A stretch of 64,000 bases of DNA from Mobula hypostoma (lineage: Eukaryota). The DNA lies in the NCBI RefSeq assembly GCF_963921235.1, contig NC_086107.1:96658001-96722000 (forward strand), given 5' to 3'. Shown here piece after piece: positions 60,331-64,000 of the stretch. A program made the position numbers and the translations under genes. Below the pieces are notes generated by a model, which saw only the letters and a list, made by a program, of their open reading frames with translations, made no database searches and was not told the DNA's origin. How positions within the stretch are numbered: the first letter of the stretch is position 1; each line of letters begins with the position of its first letter.

Positions 60331-62599
60331 AGGTCAGTGATGATAAACCTAATTCTGATTTGATTCTGTTGTTGACCTTAAACTGTTTCCTTGGACCAGG
60401 GACAGCCAAGGACAGACATTGTCAGTGACATCCACGTTGTGGGAAAGCGGAAAACAATTGATTCAGATGTACATGTCGGTATAAATCCATTTAACTTATT
60501 TTTGTGACAGATCTCAAGTGTATACTAATAAATTGGAATTGGTTTATTAATGTCTCGTGTGCAGTGAAAAGCTTGTCTTGCATACTGTTTGTACTGTTTT
60601 CTTTAAATAATACTTTTTATAAGATTGTTCTTTTTAACAAACGCATGTATTTTTCACTGTATGTGGTGGTCCATCCCCACTCACTGGCAGACAGCGGTAT
60701 TGCAGCTAAACTAACAGTTTAACAGTTTTCTCACCTTTCATTGGCTAAGTACCAGCACATTGCCCATGTATGTAATTGTTTTAATTATGTAGCCTGTTAA
60801 CTAATTCATTCTTATCTAAGGAATTATCCTTATCTTATTATAAAAGTGATAAATTTTTCAAAGGCACCATCTTGACTTCTTTATCCTCTTCATATTCACC
60901 CCTTAGCATCATTTCTCATCTTTTTGTTTATTTTGCTTAGTGTTTGTATGTTTGTTTGCATTCTAAGATGAGTGAAATAAACTTTAAGATTTGCATTCCA
61001 AATAAACTTGGAATTAAGACTGCTCGTCATTCCTGACTCCTTAAGGATCAGAAAATAAACAGAGACCCAACAGTACAGATCAGATCATTATACTGTGCAT
61101 TGAAGTAGAGCAAAGGAAAACAATAACTAAATGCAGAATAACGTGTGCACAGCTACAGAGAAAGTTCAGAACAGTTAGATAAAAAGGTGCAAGGTCATAA
61201 GATGGTAGATTGTAACGCTAAAAGTCCATCTTATTATTAGAAACCATAGAAAACTACAGCACAGAAACAGGCCTTTTGGCCTTTCTTGGTTGTGCCGAAC
61301 CATTTTCTGCCTAGTCCCACTGACCTGCACACCATATCCCTCCATACACCTCCCATCCATGTATCTGTCCAATTTATTCTTAAATGTTACAAAAGAACCC
61401 ACATTCACCACCTCGTCTGGCAGCTCATTCCATACTCCCACCACTCTGTGTGAAGAAGCCCCCCCCTAATGTTCCCTTTAAACATTTTCCCCCTCACCCT
61501 TAACCCATGTCTTCTGGTTTCTTTCTCCCCTTGCCTCAGTGGAAAAAGCCTGCTTGCATTCACTCTATCTATACCCATCATAATTTTATATACCTCTATC
61601 AAATCTCCCCTCATTCTTCTACGCAGCCCTTCAATAGTTTTATAACAGTGGGGATAGAAGCTGTCCTTGAGCTTGGTGATGTGCGCTTTTTAGCTTCTGA
61701 ATCTTCTGTCTGATGGAAGAGGGGAGAAGAGAGACTGTCTGGGCTTGATGGGGTCTATGATTATGCTGGCTGCTGTACTGAGGCAGTGAAAGTATATACA
61801 GAGTCCAAGGTGCATTATAAGACCATAAAATATAGGAGCAGAATTAGGCCATTTGGCCCATTGAGTCTGCTTCACCATTTCATCATGACTGATCCATTTC
61901 CATCTCAGCCCCAATTTCCTGCCTTCTCCCCGTATCCCTTCATGCCCTGACCAATCAAGAATCTGTCAATCTCGGTGATAAGTACACCCACTGACTTGGC
62001 CTGCACAGGTTCTTCCCTCTCTGGCTGAAGAAATTCCTACCCATTTCTATTCGGAATGGACGTTCCTCTATTCTGAGTCTGTGCCCTCTTGTCTTAAACT
62101 CTTTCACCATAGGAAACATCCTCTCTGCAACCACTCTTTTGAGGCCTTTCAATATTAGGTAGGTTTCAGTGAGATACCTCCCCCTCATTCTTCTGAATTT
62201 CAGTGACAACAGGTTCAGAGCCCTCAAACTCTCCTCATTCACTCCCGGAATCATTTTCATGAACTTCCTTTGAACCCTTTCCAATGTCAGCACACCCTTT
62301 CTTAGATAAAGGGCCCAAAACTGCTCAGCATACTTCAAGTGAGGCCTCACCAGTGCCTTATAAAGCTTCAGCATTACAACCTTGCTTTCTTATTATGGCT
62401 GTACTTCCATTATGATGTCATAATGTTCATTCTTCTGACAGTCACAGTGAACGTTTTCTTCTTGGACAATCCACCAGTGCTTGAGTTCTTGTATCCCTGC
62501 CATATGCAGTGCAACTCATTCACTTTTCCTTGTCTGAGTGAGAGAAAATGTTAACTTCTCGTCCCCTTGCAAAACTAGAACCCACATCCTTTGATAGAA

Positions 62600-63066
62600 A
62601 TCAGTAATTAATCGACTAATAACTTATATGTTCTGTAATTGCCCCCCTTCTTCTTCACCATTCACTGTTCTTATTTCCCTCTCTCACCTTATCTTCTTAC
62701 CTGCCCATCACCTCCCTCTGGTACTCCTCCCCCTTCCCTTTCTGCCATGGCCTTCTGTCATCTCCTATCAGATTCCCCCTTCTCCAGCCCTTTATCTCTT
62801 TCACCAGTCAACTTCCCAGCTCTTCACTTCACCCCTCCCCTTCTCCCGGTTTCACCCATCACCTGCCACCTTGTACTTCTTCCTCCCCTCCCCCCACCTT
62901 CTTACTCTGACCTCTCAACTCTTTGTTCCAGACCTGATGAAGGGTCTCAGCCCGAAACATCGATAGTTTACTCTTTTCCATAGATGCTGCCTGGCCTGCT
63001 GAGTTCCTCCAGCATTTTGTGTGTGTTGCTTGGATTTCCAGCCTCTGCAGATTTTCTCTTGTTTGT
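62600..63066 (+). mobile_element. Penelope-like 3' end with hammerhead motif (core at 62934-62961)
   Basis: Pyrimidine-rich tail, then CTGATGA-AGGGTCTCAGCCC-GAAAC-ATC, then the shared tail gatgctgcctggcctgctgagttcctccagc. Confidence 0.75.
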
Positions 63067-64000
63067 GAAATTGATCAGATATTCCCCACTGGAAGCCCAG
63101 CAGTCTGGGTCAGTCACACTGGTTTCTCTTGTCACTGGAATCCTTGCATTGTAAAGTGAGAGCATTACAACTCACCAGAAGACCTTACTTAGAACCAACT
63201 CATTTTTGCAAAGAATTTAAAAACTATTTCCTATCTATTCCTCAGGTAGATTCAGAAGTGAAACTTCTGGAAGTTTAAAGATAAATATTCCATTAGCCCA
63301 GTTAATTGGAAGGGTCATGCATTAGGAGAAATGATCAGCAGTAGGTGTTACAACTGGGTATTGACACCAAACTTCACAGCAGAAATGTGAAGTCCAAGGT
63401 CAGCTTTCAGTGACAGGTTACCCCAATTTCACTTTAAGTAAACACAACAAACTTTCTAATAATTATTGTAAACATGTTATTTGGATATCGGCATTGCTTA
63501 TTTGAAACCCATTTGAGAGAAAGAAGTGGAAAATTTCATTGGGCACTTTGAGGACTGGGTAATCTACCGCCATCTAGTGTCATTGGACTGTAATTACAGA
63601 GATATAAGAATCAAGTCTCATAATAAGACCATAAGACATAGGAGTACAATAGGAGATTCGACCCACTGAGTCTACTCTGCCATTGAATCATGGTTGATTT
63701 ACTATCCCTCTCAACCCCATTCTTTTGCCTTCTCCCTTTGATGCCCTTACTAATCAAGAACCTATTCTGCTTTAAATATTCCCAGTGATGTGGCCTCTAT
63801 AGCCGTCTGTGGCAATGAATTCCACAGATTCACCACCCTTTGACTAAGGAAATTCCTCCTCATCTCTGTTCTAAAGGGATGTTCCTCTGGTCCCAAACAC
63901 CTGCCCCCCGCCATAGGAAATATCCTTTCCACATCCACTCTATCTAGGATTTTAACTTATTTGTTAGGTTTCAATGAGATCAGAATTCCGAATTTAGAAT

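Overview
Repeat-rich vertebrate genomic DNA, most likely from a cartilaginous fish and probably a ray or skate (inferred from the HE1/V-SINE-like, CR1, Rex1-like and Penelope repeat content). Most ORFs in the supplied track are spurious or transposon-derived. The one complete host gene I could reconstruct by hand is on the minus strand and has five coding exons: 44309-44273, 41019-40657, 30544-30383, 23857-23796 and 22184-22068. All introns are GT-AG and phase-consistent (1,1,1,0), giving a 741-nt CDS and a 246-aa protein. It encodes a type I membrane receptor with a signal peptide, one antigen-receptor-like V domain with a germline-joined J motif (FGNGTKLTL), a Ser/Thr/Pro stalk with one Cys, an uncharged CD8beta-like TM, and a tail with two non-canonical ITIM-like tyrosines (IHYASM, MVYAEV). 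An orphan stalk/TM exon of a second, convergent membrane-protein gene lies at 2336-2482 (+). The most notable mobile DNA is: a full-length U6 snRNA retrocopy fused to a Nimb/I-clade LINE 3' end and inserted in a Tc1 element; a ~2.2-kb Penelope insertion forming a ~1-kb-arm inverted repeat; about 13 copies of a minimal hammerhead-ribozyme motif carried by Penelope 3' ends; solo LTRs; and nested Tc1/mariner elements. All alignments and family assignments were made by eye without database searches, and repeat boundaries are approximate.
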